In this document: positions 40,775 through 50,752 of the stretch, in pieces | Layout of the letters: each line of letters opens with the position of its first letter | How positions within the stretch are numbered: position 1 is the first letter of the stretch | Assembly: GCA_900617105.1 (NCBI GenBank) | Contig: UYFQ01000001.1 | Coordinates: 1 to 64,000 of the forward strand | Reading direction: 5' to 3' | Origin: Hydrurus foetidus | Lineage: Eukaryota | Length of the DNA: 64,000 bases | The notes under the pieces: model-generated | Databases searched by the model: none | The model's input: the letters and a program-made list of their open reading frames with translations, nothing else | Told to the model about the DNA's origin: nothing | Position numbers and translations under genes: made by a program

Positions 40775-42036
40775 CTTTTACCCTCGACGCCCGCTTTAAG
40801 AGCTTTCCGTCCACCGCTGCGCCCTTGCAAAGCGATGACTTGGCCCGCCAAGACTGGAACCTGTTCGCCAACGACTTGGCGTTTCCACTGGCCGTTATCA
40901 ACCGTCCGGCCCTGGCCCACAACATTGCCTGGATGCAGGCCTACGCCGAGCGCAAGGGCGTGGCGCTGGCCCCGCACGGCAAGACCACCATGTCACCCGA
41001 GCTGTTCGTCCAGCAACTGGCCGCCGGGGCCTGGGGCCTGAGCTTTGCCACGGTGTACCAGGCCAGCGTGGGCATTGCCGCAGGGGCACGCCGCGTCATC
41101 ATCTGTAACCAGGTGGTGTGCGACGCCGACTTTGATGCGCTGGCCGTCTTGCTGACACAGCATGTTGATCTGAAAGTCTGGTTTTTGGTGGACTCGCTGG
41201 CGCAGCTGGGTCTGATTGAAGACTGGGCGGCACGCCGCGCTGCCATCACGCCCTTCGATGTGCTGCTGGAAATAGGCATTCCCGGCCAACGTACCGGCTG
41301 CCGCACACACGATGAGGCGATGCAGCTGGCCCGGGCGCTAGCCGCCTCCGCCGCCGTACGCTTGGGTGGCATCGAATGCTACGAAGGCGGCTTGGCCCAG
41401 TGCAACAGCGCGCACGACACCACCGCCGTTACAGCCTTCATTCGCCGGGTTGCCGAGGTGGTGCAGGCCGTGGATGCCGAGAACCTGCTGGCAGGAAACG
41501 AGTTGCTGGTTACCGCAGGCGGCTCTGCGGTGTTTGACCTGGTGCTGCCGCTGCTGCGCACGCACAACCTGTCCCGTCCGCTGGTCGGCGTGCTGCGCTC
41601 GGGCTGCTACATCACCCACGACCACGGCAACTACGCCCGGTTTTTGCGCTTGTTGGAGCAGCGCGAAGGGCTCACCAGCTCCCTGCGTGCTGCCTTGTCG
41701 GTGTGGACGATGGTGCAGTCTGTGCCCGAGCCCGGCCTGGCCCTGCTGACCTGTGGCCGCCGCGATATTTCTTATGATTTGGAAATGCCCTTGCCGCAGA
41801 TGTACGCTGCACAAGGTGCTCTTGAAACAATAGCAACCCCCGCAGGCTGGACAATCAGCGCCCTGAACGATCAGCATGCCTATTTGCGTTTTGACCCGGC
41901 AGGTGTGTCACCCCAGGTGGGCGACCGCGTGGTGCTGGGCATTTCCCACCCCTGCACCACCTTCGATAAATGGCGCTGGCTGCCCCTCGTAGAAGACGAT
42001 GGGGCCGTCACCGGAGCCATCCATACCCAGTTTTGA
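40771..42036 (+). CDS. Fold-type III PLP enzyme, DSD1/D-threonine aldolase-like deaminase/dehydratase
   Basis: PLP lysine motif LAPHGKTTMSP, RTGCR, YEG, TAGGS, RSGCY..HDHG, NDQH, SHPCTTFDKW. Confidence 0.88.
   Translation: MTFTLDARFKSFPSTAAPLQSDDLARQDWNLFANDLAFPLAVINRPALAHNIAWMQAYAERKGVALAPHGKTTMSPELFVQQLAAGAWGLSFATVYQASVGIAAGARRVIICNQVVCDADFDALAVLLTQHVDLKVWFLVDSLAQLGLIEDWAARRAAITPFDVLLEIGIPGQRTGCRTHDEAMQLARALAASAAVRLGGIECYEGGLAQCNSAHDTTAVTAFIRRVAEVVQAVDAENLLAGNELLVTAGGSAVFDLVLPLLRTHNLSRPLVGVLRSGCYITHDHGNYARFLRLLEQREGLTSSLRAALSVWTMVQSVPEPGLALLTCGRRDISYDLEMPLPQMYAAQGALETIATPAGWTISALNDQHAYLRFDPAGVSPQVGDRVVLGISHPCTTFDKWRWLPLVEDDGAVTGAIHTQF
41781..41836 (-). repeat. Dispersed ~50 bp motif copy inside the deaminase CDS
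   Basis: Core GCTCTTGAAACAATAGC at 41818-41834 with fixed-offset GC dinucleotides. Confidence 0.7.
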
Positions 42037-42046
42037 AGTTCCGCCC

Positions 42047-42976
42047 ATGAACGATTCCATTCCTCACCGCCCCCAGTTGTCCCAAAGTTTGCTATTACAA
42101 CTGCGCGAACGCCTGCCCGGTTTGGCCACCGCCCAGCGCAAGGTCGTCGAATGCATCCTGCAAGACCCGCGCAGCGCCGCAGGAGCGACGGTGGAGCTGC
42201 TGGCCAACACCGCGCAGGTGTCCATGCCCACGGTGGTCCGCACCTGCCGCAGCTTTGGGTTTGAGACGGTGCGCGACTTCATGCTGGCCCTGGCGCAAGA
42301 CCTGGCCGTGTCGGGTTCGCCCCTGCACCGCAGCGTGCTGACCGACGACTCGGCCCAGCAGGTGTCAGCCAAAATCATCCAGGCCGCTGTGGCATCGCTG
42401 ACCGACCTGGGGCGCCGCATCGATACCGACATGGTGGAGCGGGTAGCTACACGGCTGGCCCAGGCCCGGCGCATCGACTGCTATGCCGTGGGGGCCGCGT
42501 CCAGCTTCATGGCCAGCGAGCTGCAAAGCCGCCTGTTCCGCCTGGGCCGCACGGCCAACGCGATTTTTGATGCCCACCAGCAGCTGGTTTCCGCCAGCAC
42601 GCTGGGGCCAGACGGCGTGGCCTTCGTCATCTCGCACGTAGGCCGCATGCCCTACACGCTGGAGGCCGCCAAGTTCGCCCGCGCCCAGGGGGCCACGGTG
42701 GTGGCACTGACCCAGCCGGACACGCCGTTGGCCAAAATCGCCGACCTGGTACTGGCCGTCTCCGTGCCGCCCGATGCGGTGATGCGCGTAGGCACCGAAG
42801 CTTATCTGGCGCATTTGCTGGTGATTGAAATTGTGATGGTGCAGCTGGCTCAACAGCTTGGCCCGCAGGTGGCCCACGGTCTGCAACAGTTCAAACAATT
42901 GCTGCACAAACACGGCTTTGACAGCGACGAGTACGCTGGCTTCACCGACTCGTCGGCATCCGAAGAAAGGCATTGA
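42047..42976 (+). CDS. MurR/RpiR-family regulator (HTH plus SIS)
   Basis: VSMPTVVRTCRSFGF HTH; SIS domain YAVGAASS, VISHVG, VVALT..TPLA. Confidence 0.9.
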   Translation: MNDSIPHRPQLSQSLLLQLRERLPGLATAQRKVVECILQDPRSAAGATVELLANTAQVSMPTVVRTCRSFGFETVRDFMLALAQDLAVSGSPLHRSVLTDDSAQQVSAKIIQAAVASLTDLGRRIDTDMVERVATRLAQARRIDCYAVGAASSFMASELQSRLFRLGRTANAIFDAHQQLVSASTLGPDGVAFVISHVGRMPYTLEAAKFARAQGATVVALTQPDTPLAKIADLVLAVSVPPDAVMRVGTEAYLAHLLVIEIVMVQLAQQLGPQVAHGLQQFKQLLHKHGFDSDEYAGFTDSSASEERH

Positions 42977-42977
42977 G

Positions 42978-44417
42978 ATGCGCACCACTTTGCTGAAAAA
43001 CGGACTGATCGTTGATGGCCGCAATACCCCCGGCTGGCATGGTGACGTGCTGCTGCACGGCGACCGCATCACCGCTATCGGGTCACCGGGCACCCTGAAC
43101 GCAGCCGACGCAGCCGTGTTCGACTGCACCGGCAAAGTCATCGCCCCCGGCTTTATCGACGTGCACACCCACGACGATGCCGCCGCGCTCGACCACCCGG
43201 CCATGCTGCCCAAACTGTCGCAAGGCATCACCACCGTGGTGACGGGCAACTGCGGTATCTCGCTCGTACCCGTGGTGTCCAGCACCCCCGATGCGCCCTT
43301 GTCGCTGCTGGGCCAGCACCAGTTTCGCTTTAGCAGTATGGCTGCCTATGCCGCTGCCATAGATGCTGCCCAGCCCGGTGTCAACGTGGCCGCGCTGTTG
43401 GGTCATACCGCCTTGCGCATGCGCCACATGGCCCAACTCGACCGGCCCGCCTTGCCACGCGAGCTGGTCGCGATGGCGCACGACATGCAAGAGGCGATGG
43501 ACGCGGGTGGTCTGGGCCTGTCCAGCGGGGTGTTTTACCGTGAGGCTTTTGCTGCTGACACCACCGAGCTGATCACACTGGCCAGCGTGGCCGCGCGCGC
43601 GGGTGGCATCTACGCCACCCACATCCGCGACGAGCTGGCAGGCATCCTGCCCGCCCTGCAAGAGGCCGCGCTCACAGCCCGCCAAGCCGGGCTGCCGCTG
43701 GTGCTGTCGCACCACAAATGTGCTGGCCCTGCCAACTGGGGCCGCACGCGCGAGACCCTGCCGCTGATCGAAAAACTGGCCGAAGCGCAAGAGATTGCGA
43801 TGGACGTGTACCCTTACACCGCAGGCTCCACCGTGCTGCGCGAAGACCTGGTAGACGGCGTGATCGATATCCTCATCACCGGCAGCCAGCCCCACCCCGA
43901 AATGGCTGGGCGCTACCTGGCCGCCATCGCTAAAGACTGGGGCGTGTCGCAGCAAGAAGCCTGCATGCGCCTGAAACCTGGTGGGGCTTGCTACTTTCAA
44001 ATGCGCGAGGACGATGTGGAGCGTGTCATTGCTCACCCGCTGTCCATGATTGGCTCTGATGGCCTGCCGCACGACGAGCGCCCGCATCCCCGGCTGTGGG
44101 GCGCTTTCCCCCGTGTGCTGGCCCGCTACTGGCGCGAAAAAGGCGTGCTGGAGTTGGAGCAAGCGGTGTACAAAATGACCGGCCTGTCGGCCCGGCAGTT
44201 CCGCTTGCCTGAGCGCGGAACGCTGCAAACAGGCCATTTCGCCGATGTGGTGGTGTTTGATCCGCAAGCCGTAGGCGATCTGGCTACTTTTGAAAACCCC
44301 ATGCAGTGCAGCGCTGGGATAGAGCGGGTGTGGGTGAACGGGGTACTGAGCTACACAGCCCAAGGCCGTGCTACCGGGGTGCGGGCAGGGCGGTTTGTGC
44401 GGCGCGGTCAAGCCTAA
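42978..44417 (+). CDS. N-acyl-D-amino-acid deacylase (D-aminoacylase family)
   Basis: APGFIDVHTHDD, QGITTVVTGNCG, THIRDE, SHHK, DVYPY, GSDG..HPR.WG.F. Confidence 0.92.
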   Translation: MRTTLLKNGLIVDGRNTPGWHGDVLLHGDRITAIGSPGTLNAADAAVFDCTGKVIAPGFIDVHTHDDAAALDHPAMLPKLSQGITTVVTGNCGISLVPVVSSTPDAPLSLLGQHQFRFSSMAAYAAAIDAAQPGVNVAALLGHTALRMRHMAQLDRPALPRELVAMAHDMQEAMDAGGLGLSSGVFYREAFAADTTELITLASVAARAGGIYATHIRDELAGILPALQEAALTARQAGLPLVLSHHKCAGPANWGRTRETLPLIEKLAEAQEIAMDVYPYTAGSTVLREDLVDGVIDILITGSQPHPEMAGRYLAAIAKDWGVSQQEACMRLKPGGACYFQMREDDVERVIAHPLSMIGSDGLPHDERPHPRLWGAFPRVLARYWREKGVLELEQAVYKMTGLSARQFRLPERGTLQTGHFADVVVFDPQAVGDLATFENPMQCSAGIERVWVNGVLSYTAQGRATGVRAGRFVRRGQA

Positions 44418-45442
44418 CGGTTGCGGTATTCGCTGGGGCTGGTGTGCGTCCAGCGTGTGAAGGCGTGGCGAAAGTTGGCCGAGTCGCTGTAGCCTAAACG
44501 GGTGGCGATTTCTTCATTCGTCAGGGTGGTGGTGCGCAAGTAGTTGATGGCCAAACGGGTGCGCACTTCGGTCAAAATTTGGCGGTACGAGGTGTCTTCG
44601 GTGTCCAGCTTGCGGCGCAGGGTGCGGGCGTTCATGCCCAGCGCTTCGGCCATCGCTTCCACGTCGGGAAATTTGCCAGGTTGGGCCACCAGCATGGCGT
44701 GGATGGTGCCCGCCACGCCGGGTGCGCGGGTGAGCTTTTGCAGGGCGTGGTCGCACAGCTCATGCACCGTGGCGTTGGTGATGGTGTCGGCGTAGACCAT
44801 GCGCTGCGCCATCAGGCTGGCATCGAACCAGCAGCTGTTTTCAGGCTGGTCAAAAGCAGGTGTGCAGCCAAATTGGGTGGCGTAGTGCGCGGCATGGGGT
44901 GGTGCCGGGTAGCTGACGTTGATGCCCGCAAAGCGGAAGGTGGGGCCGTACAGGTCTTTCATCACCGTCAGCATGGATGCCAGCTTGAATTCGAGGACGA
45001 AACGGTAGAGCGGGTCGGTGGCGTTGGTGGACAGGCTCAGTGTGATTGTCCAGGTGGCGCGGCCTTCGATGGTGGTAAAAGCCATTTCAGAAAACTGACC
45101 CAGCATGCGTTCGTATTTGATGGCGAAATCCACCGCGTGCGCATGGCTGGGGCTGCTCAGCAGCGCATACCCGTACATGCCACAAGCCGCAATGTGCATA
45201 CGACTCCCCGCCTGTAGCGCAATCAGCGGGTCTTTCGAGAGAGCCAGTGCATTGCGGAACACCAGCAGCATTTGGCGCATCGACAGCCGGGTGGCGGGGT
45301 TGTGCAGGGTTTTCGGGTCGATATCGCTGTTGCGAAGGGCTTCATCCAGGGGGATACCGTTGTCCGCCAGTGCCCCCACCATCGCAGCAATCACGTGGGC
45401 GGGGTAAATGGGCTGGTGCACGCTGGGTGGCAGTTTGTGCAT
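44414..45442 (-). CDS. AraC-family regulator
   Basis: GMYGYALLSS; RTLRRKL..TSY, IATRLGYSDSANFRHAF. Confidence 0.92.
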   Translation of the reverse strand: MHKLPPSVHQPIYPAHVIAAMVGALADNGIPLDEALRNSDIDPKTLHNPATRLSMRQMLLVFRNALALSKDPLIALQAGSRMHIAACGMYGYALLSSPSHAHAVDFAIKYERMLGQFSEMAFTTIEGRATWTITLSLSTNATDPLYRFVLEFKLASMLTVMKDLYGPTFRFAGINVSYPAPPHAAHYATQFGCTPAFDQPENSCWFDASLMAQRMVYADTITNATVHELCDHALQKLTRAPGVAGTIHAMLVAQPGKFPDVEAMAEALGMNARTLRRKLDTEDTSYRQILTEVRTRLAINYLRTTTLTNEEIATRLGYSDSANFRHAFTRWTHTSPSEYRNR

Positions 45443-45622
45443 TATTTTTTTGGTTTTTTACGATTTTTGGCGACGCTAAGGGTACTCAAGCCAGTGAAGT
45501 TGGCGGGACGCTTACGTGACAGCGGTGTCCGTAAATCACCCTGTGCTGACCGCTTTCAACCTTGTTGCAGCAGCCTCCCGGCTTTTATGCTTCTGGCACA
45601 AACAACAAAGCGAGAGACAAGC

Positions 45623-47347
45623 ATGCAAAGCACTGCACAAAATGGAACGCCAAATTTCCCCTGGATCAAATCGTACCCCGTGGGTGTGCGTTGGGATGCC
45701 ACGCTCAACCTCACCAGCGTGCAAGCGCTGCTCGACGATGCCGTGCGCCAGTGGCCTGAGCAGCCCGCCATCGACTACATGGGCAAAAAGCTCAGTTACC
45801 GCGAGCTGTCTGCTCTGGCAGACCGGGCCGCGAGTGGTTTCCAAAAACTGGGTGTCAAACCTGGTGTGCATGTGGGGCTGTACCTGCCCAATACGCCGCA
45901 TTACGTCATCAGCTTTTTTGGCGTGCTTCGCGCCGGTGGCACGGTGGTGAACTACTCTCCGCTGGACGCTGAAAAGGTGCTGGAACACAAGGTAGACGAC
46001 AGCGAAACCGATATTTTGGTCACGCTCAGCCTCTCGTCGCTTTACCCGAACATGAAAGGTCTGCTGGGCAAAACCCGCCTCAAGCATTTGGTGGTGGGCA
46101 GCTTGGGTGAGTTCAGCGCCAGCCCGGCAGGCGTAGACACCAAGATGGCCGCTGACGGCATGAGCACCGCCGTGGCGTTTGACGCGCAGCAGCTCAGTTT
46201 TGAGCATCTGCTGTCCAATGATGGTCAGTATCAAGTGTGGCCCATTGTCGATGTGACGAAAACGCTGGCGGTGTTGCAGTACACCGGCGGCACCACGGGC
46301 CTGCCCAAGGGCGCGATGCTGTCGCATGGCAACGTGACGGCTGCCACCCTGCAAGCCGCGTTGACCTGCACGATGGACGGCCAGTTCCTGCAAACCGGCT
46401 GTGAACATGTGCTGGTGGTGCTGCCGCTGTTCCATGTGTACGCGATGGTGGTGGACATGCTGCTGGGCGTGAAAATTGGCGCTGAGCTGGTGCTGTGTAC
46501 CCGGTTTGATCCGACGGCGGTGCTCAAAGACATTGCCACCCGCCGCATCTCGTGCTTTCCCGGCGTGCCCACCATGTTCACGGCCTTGGTCAGCCACCCT
46601 GATGTGGCGAATTACGACCTGCGCTCATTGAAAGTTTGCAACTCGGGTGGTGCCCCCATGCCGGTTGAGCTGCTGCACCGCTTTGAAGCGTTGACGGGCT
46701 GCCACCTGACGGAGGGCTGGGGTATGACGGAAACCTCGTCGCTGGGCACCTTCACGCCAGCGGTGGGGTTGTCCAAAGCCGGTGCCTGTGGCATGCCATC
46801 GCCCAATGTGCGTTTGCAGTTTGCCGATACCGAAAACCCAGACCGCTACGTGCCCTTGGGCGAGCGCGGCGAAATCGTCATCGCTGGCCCCAACGTGATG
46901 ATGGGCTACTGGAAGAACCCCAAAGCCACCGCTGAGAGCTTCACGCCCGATGGCTACTTCCGCACCGGCGACGTGGGTTACATGGACGAAGACGGCTTTG
47001 TCTACATCGTAGACCGCACCAAAGACATGCTGCTGTGCGGCGGCTTCAACGTCTACCCCCGCTTGATTGAAGACGCCATCTACGCGCACACCTCGGTGCA
47101 AGAGGTGCTGGTGATCGGCATCGCTGATGCCTACCGGGGCCAGACACCCAAGGCGTACATCAAGCTCAAAGCCGGGGCTGCGCCGGTCACGCTGGAGGAG
47201 ATGAAAGAGTTCCTGAAAACCCGTTTGGGCAAGCACGAAATGATTCACGCGATGGAACTGCGTGACGATCTGCCCAAAACAGCCGTTGGCAAGCTCTCCA
47301 AGAAGATGCTGCACGACGAGCTGGCACGAACAGCCGAAGCAGCCTGA
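45623..47347 (+). CDS. Long-chain fatty acid/dicarboxylate--CoA ligase (FadD/PimA-like)
   Basis: LQYTGGTTGLPKG, EGWGMTET, FRTGD, DRTKD, GFNVYP, LPKTAVGKL. Confidence 0.93.
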   Translation: MQSTAQNGTPNFPWIKSYPVGVRWDATLNLTSVQALLDDAVRQWPEQPAIDYMGKKLSYRELSALADRAASGFQKLGVKPGVHVGLYLPNTPHYVISFFGVLRAGGTVVNYSPLDAEKVLEHKVDDSETDILVTLSLSSLYPNMKGLLGKTRLKHLVVGSLGEFSASPAGVDTKMAADGMSTAVAFDAQQLSFEHLLSNDGQYQVWPIVDVTKTLAVLQYTGGTTGLPKGAMLSHGNVTAATLQAALTCTMDGQFLQTGCEHVLVVLPLFHVYAMVVDMLLGVKIGAELVLCTRFDPTAVLKDIATRRISCFPGVPTMFTALVSHPDVANYDLRSLKVCNSGGAPMPVELLHRFEALTGCHLTEGWGMTETSSLGTFTPAVGLSKAGACGMPSPNVRLQFADTENPDRYVPLGERGEIVIAGPNVMMGYWKNPKATAESFTPDGYFRTGDVGYMDEDGFVYIVDRTKDMLLCGGFNVYPRLIEDAIYAHTSVQEVLVIGIADAYRGQTPKAYIKLKAGAAPVTLEEMKEFLKTRLGKHEMIHAMELRDDLPKTAVGKLSKKMLHDELARTAEAA

Positions 47348-47368
47348 AAAAATAACAAGGATTCCACT

Positions 47369-48175
47369 GTGAATGCAACCACGCTATGCCCTTTGGGGGC
47401 AGTCTTCAGCCGAACTGTGAACGAGCAGCGGCCATCCAAAATCTTGATGTGGCTGGAAGGCCGTGCCAGTATGGAATGGGCCAGCACGGCGCTGGTTCTA
47501 CCGTGGTTACGCCGCGCTGTGCCACGCGGTGACGGCCACCCCGTGTTGGTGCTGCCAGGGCTGATGGCGACCGATGCCTCTACGGTTCCACTGCGCCGTT
47601 TTTTGGTTAGCAAAGGCTATGCGGTGCAAGGCTGGGAGCAGGGCCGTAACCTCGGCCCCCGCGCGGGCGTGATCGACACGATGCACGAGACGCTGGCGAA
47701 AATGCACCGCGATACCGGGCGCAAAGTCAGCGTGATTGGTTGGAGTCTGGGCGGTGTGTACGCCCGCGAAATCGCCCGCCACGCCCCCGATTCAGTGCGT
47801 CAAGTCATCACCTTGGGCAGCCCGCTCTATGGCAAAGCGGACACCTCCAGCAACGCCTGGGGTGTCTACAAATTCGTCAGCGGGCAAAAGGAAGTGACGG
47901 GTGGTTTTCGCGGCGATTGCGCGCCTCCCGTGCCCACCACCTCGATCTACACCCGCACCGATGGCGTGGTGGGCTGGGGTTGTTCGGTGGAGCGTCAAGG
48001 CCCACAGACCGACAACATCGAAATCAACAGCGCCAGCCATACCGGCCTGGGCGTGAACCCCTTGGTCTGGTACGCGCTAGGCGACCGTTTGGCGCAGGCA
48101 GAGGATGCCTGGACGCACTTTAAGCCCAAGGGTTTGAACAGTTTGCTGTTCCCCTTCAGCGCCCCTGTACGCTGA
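47369..48175 (+). CDS. Alpha/beta hydrolase (lipase/esterase-like); start uncertain
   Basis: PVLVLPG, nucleophile GWSLGG, TLGSP, DGVV, SH. Confidence 0.85.
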   Translation: MNATTLCPLGAVFSRTVNEQRPSKILMWLEGRASMEWASTALVLPWLRRAVPRGDGHPVLVLPGLMATDASTVPLRRFLVSKGYAVQGWEQGRNLGPRAGVIDTMHETLAKMHRDTGRKVSVIGWSLGGVYAREIARHAPDSVRQVITLGSPLYGKADTSSNAWGVYKFVSGQKEVTGGFRGDCAPPVPTTSIYTRTDGVVGWGCSVERQGPQTDNIEINSASHTGLGVNPLVWYALGDRLAQAEDAWTHFKPKGLNSLLFPFSAPVR

Positions 48176-48209
48176 ACGGCACTGATTTTTTAATCTCACG
48201 GAAAACACC

Positions 48210-49733
48210 ATGAACCACTTAAGCGGCGCTGATTCCATGTTCTTGCACATGGAGTCCCCCGAAATGCCAATGCACGTAGGCTCTTTGAACGTGCTGGATC
48301 TGCCTCCAGGCTACGAGGGCAACTTTTTTGAAGACGCCAAAGCCCATCTGCTGGCACGCATGCACTTGGCCGATGTGTACACGCGCAAACTGGCGCTGAT
48401 GCCGTTCGATTTGTCCAACCCGGTCTGGGTGGAAGACGAAGATGTGGATCTGGACTACCACATTCGCCATGTCACCTTGCCCAAACCCGGCTCTAACACC
48501 CAGCTGCAAAAACTGGTGGCCCGGCTGCATTCCAGCCTGCTTGACCGCAGCCGCCCGCTGTGGGAGTTCTACATCATTGATGGCCTGCGCAGCGGGCAAG
48601 TGGCGTTTTACAGCAAAGTCCACCATGCGGGCATCGACGGCCAAGCCGGTGTGGCGCTGGCCACGTCCATGTTTGACACCGTAGCCACCGGGCGCAAGAT
48701 CAAACCTGCACGCAAACGCCCACGCTCTAACCAGTACCAGCTGGGCATGGCTGAGCTGGCCGGTGCCGCCATCCGCAACACCGCCAGCCAAGTCGTTCAA
48801 CTGGTCAAAATGACCCCTGCCATCGTGCGTGCGGTGGGTAGCACGGTGGTACCGCAGAAAGATGACAACGGCAAACGTGATTGGTCACTGCCCAAAACCA
48901 TCAACCCGTTCGCGCCCAAGACGCTGCTGAATGTCTCCATCACCAACCAGCGCAGCTTTGCAGCCCGCACCGTGCCTTTGGCTGAGGTGAAGCAGATCGC
49001 CAAACTGCTGGGCGTGTCGCTCAACGATGTGGTGGTGGGCACGGTGGCAGGTGGCTTGCGCAAATACCTCCACGAGATGGATGCCTTGCCTGCCAAGTCG
49101 TTGACGGCGGCGGTGCCTGTCAGCCTGCGCGAAGCGGGTGACACCACCGCTAACAACCAGGTCAGCATGATGCTGATGACCTTGGCTACCGACGAGGCGG
49201 ATCCGGTCAAACGTTTGCAAAAAATCCATGCTTCATCTAACAGCAGCAAGACCAAGATGAGTCGCCTCAAGGCCGTGATGGCGTTGGATTTTCCGATGAT
49301 TGGCGCACCGTGGCTGATGTCAGGCCTGAGCTCGATCATGGGGCGCTCCAAGTTGGTGGACAGGATGCCGCCGATCGCGAATGTGCTGATTTCCAACGTC
49401 GCAGGCATCCCGGTGCCACTGTACTTCGCCGGGGCTGCGGTGGTCAGCTACTACCCGGTTTCCATCCCTGCACACGGCATGGCGCTGAACGTGACGGTGC
49501 AGAGCTACAACGGCCGCCTCGACTACGGCCTCATCAGCTGCCAGCGTGCCGTGCCTGATATTCATGACCTGGCGGACTATCTGTTGGCTGAGCACCGCAA
49601 GCTGCTGGAATTGGCGCTGGCGCAACCGCCGATGGAGGCTGCGGTTGCGGTTGCTCCTGTGTCTGCGGTTGTGGTTGCTGCATCGCTAGCACGCAAACGC
49701 AGCGTGAAACCCCGTCAATCCGCAGCAGCCTAA
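48210..49733 (+). CDS. Wax ester synthase/diacylglycerol acyltransferase (WS/DGAT)
   Basis: LSGADSMFL..PMHVG, LDRSRPLWE, catalytic HHAGIDG, NDV, VPVSLR, ISNV. Confidence 0.93.
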   Translation: MNHLSGADSMFLHMESPEMPMHVGSLNVLDLPPGYEGNFFEDAKAHLLARMHLADVYTRKLALMPFDLSNPVWVEDEDVDLDYHIRHVTLPKPGSNTQLQKLVARLHSSLLDRSRPLWEFYIIDGLRSGQVAFYSKVHHAGIDGQAGVALATSMFDTVATGRKIKPARKRPRSNQYQLGMAELAGAAIRNTASQVVQLVKMTPAIVRAVGSTVVPQKDDNGKRDWSLPKTINPFAPKTLLNVSITNQRSFAARTVPLAEVKQIAKLLGVSLNDVVVGTVAGGLRKYLHEMDALPAKSLTAAVPVSLREAGDTTANNQVSMMLMTLATDEADPVKRLQKIHASSNSSKTKMSRLKAVMALDFPMIGAPWLMSGLSSIMGRSKLVDRMPPIANVLISNVAGIPVPLYFAGAAVVSYYPVSIPAHGMALNVTVQSYNGRLDYGLISCQRAVPDIHDLADYLLAEHRKLLELALAQPPMEAAVAVAPVSAVVVAASLARKRSVKPRQSAAA

Positions 49734-49768
49734 GCCACCTCGCCCCACGGATGGCTTAGCCTTGGTTG

Positions 49769-50683
49769 TTACAAACCCTGAAGGATATCTTTGCGTTTTT
49801 GCTGGTATTCCGCTTCGGTCATCAGATCTTTGTTGCGCAGTTTTTTGATGGCCAGCAAGCGTTGTTCTTGCTCATCATAAAAAGCAGCATCGCGCTTGAC
49901 GGGGGCAGGGGTGGTGAGGGCGGTAGGGGCTGCGGTTGTCGTCCCTGCTTGCGCATGGCTGGAGACCGCGTATGAAGGTGCACCAGGCAAGGGTGAAGCC
50001 GACGTAGTGGGTGCTGTAGCTGCCGCGGGCAGCATCGCCAGCGTCATCCCAGGGGTGAGCGGGAACGTCAGCCAACCAGTGCGTTGGCTGGTGGCTACAG
50101 TGCTTTGCACGGCGACGGTGCCGGTGCTGGCCCGTGCGCCAAATTGAAATTCTGGCGTGGCACCAGTGCCACGCCAACGGTCGTAAAAATCAAAACGGGC
50201 ATCGTTGACCAGCAGTTGCAGGCCTTCTGAGGTGACAAACAGGCGGGCTGTCACGGCTTTTGGTGGCTCCAGCGTGCCTTCATCGCGGCGTGAGGTACTG
50301 AGCAGCAGCACGTCCTCAGCTGCAGATGCGCTTTCCAGCGCTTGCGCCAGGGGGGCCGCCAAGTTGCGCACTTCTTGCTGTGTCAGTAAGGGTTGGCGGC
50401 CTTTACCCACCGGTATTTGGATCGAGCCCAGCACCTGCTGCAAAGTTTCTGTGCTGAAGACGATTGGGTGGCGATTGTCAAGTGAACCTGCTTCACGGGG
50501 CACAACCCGCACACTGACGAATTCGTCGATTTGCCACAGTTTGCGCTGACTGCTGTCGGGTTTGGCCGTATTACTGTTGCCGAATCCAGGTAAAAAATCA
50601 AGTAAGCCAGCTTGGGCGCTCGGTGGATTTTGCAAAACTGCTGTACAAAGCGCAGCAAAAAGCCAATGTTTAACGTGCGTCAT
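49769..50683 (-). CDS. Exported hypothetical protein with a SHOCT-like C-terminus
   Basis: Signal peptide (AQA); Ala/Pro/Thr linker; C-terminal RLLAIKKLRNKDLMTEAEYQQKRKDIL. Confidence 0.75.
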   Translation of the reverse strand: MTHVKHWLFAALCTAVLQNPPSAQAGLLDFLPGFGNSNTAKPDSSQRKLWQIDEFVSVRVVPREAGSLDNRHPIVFSTETLQQVLGSIQIPVGKGRQPLLTQQEVRNLAAPLAQALESASAAEDVLLLSTSRRDEGTLEPPKAVTARLFVTSEGLQLLVNDARFDFYDRWRGTGATPEFQFGARASTGTVAVQSTVATSQRTGWLTFPLTPGMTLAMLPAAATAPTTSASPLPGAPSYAVSSHAQAGTTTAAPTALTTPAPVKRDAAFYDEQEQRLLAIKKLRNKDLMTEAEYQQKRKDILQGL

Positions 50684-50712
50684 AGGGTGAATATCCGTGA
50701 AAAATCAGGTTC

Positions 50713-50752
50713 AAAAAGAAAAAACCGCCAGGTCGTGAGACCCAGCGGTTTT
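50713..50752 (-). terminator. Intrinsic terminator after the maltoporin gene
   Basis: AAAACCGC..GGTC-GTGA-GACC..GCGGTTTT hairpin with a minus-strand U tract. Confidence 0.75.

Noticed and set aside
45272..45622. N-terminal extension of the acyl-CoA ligase ORF
   Set aside because: It overlaps the divergent araC gene; start 45623 fits the family length.
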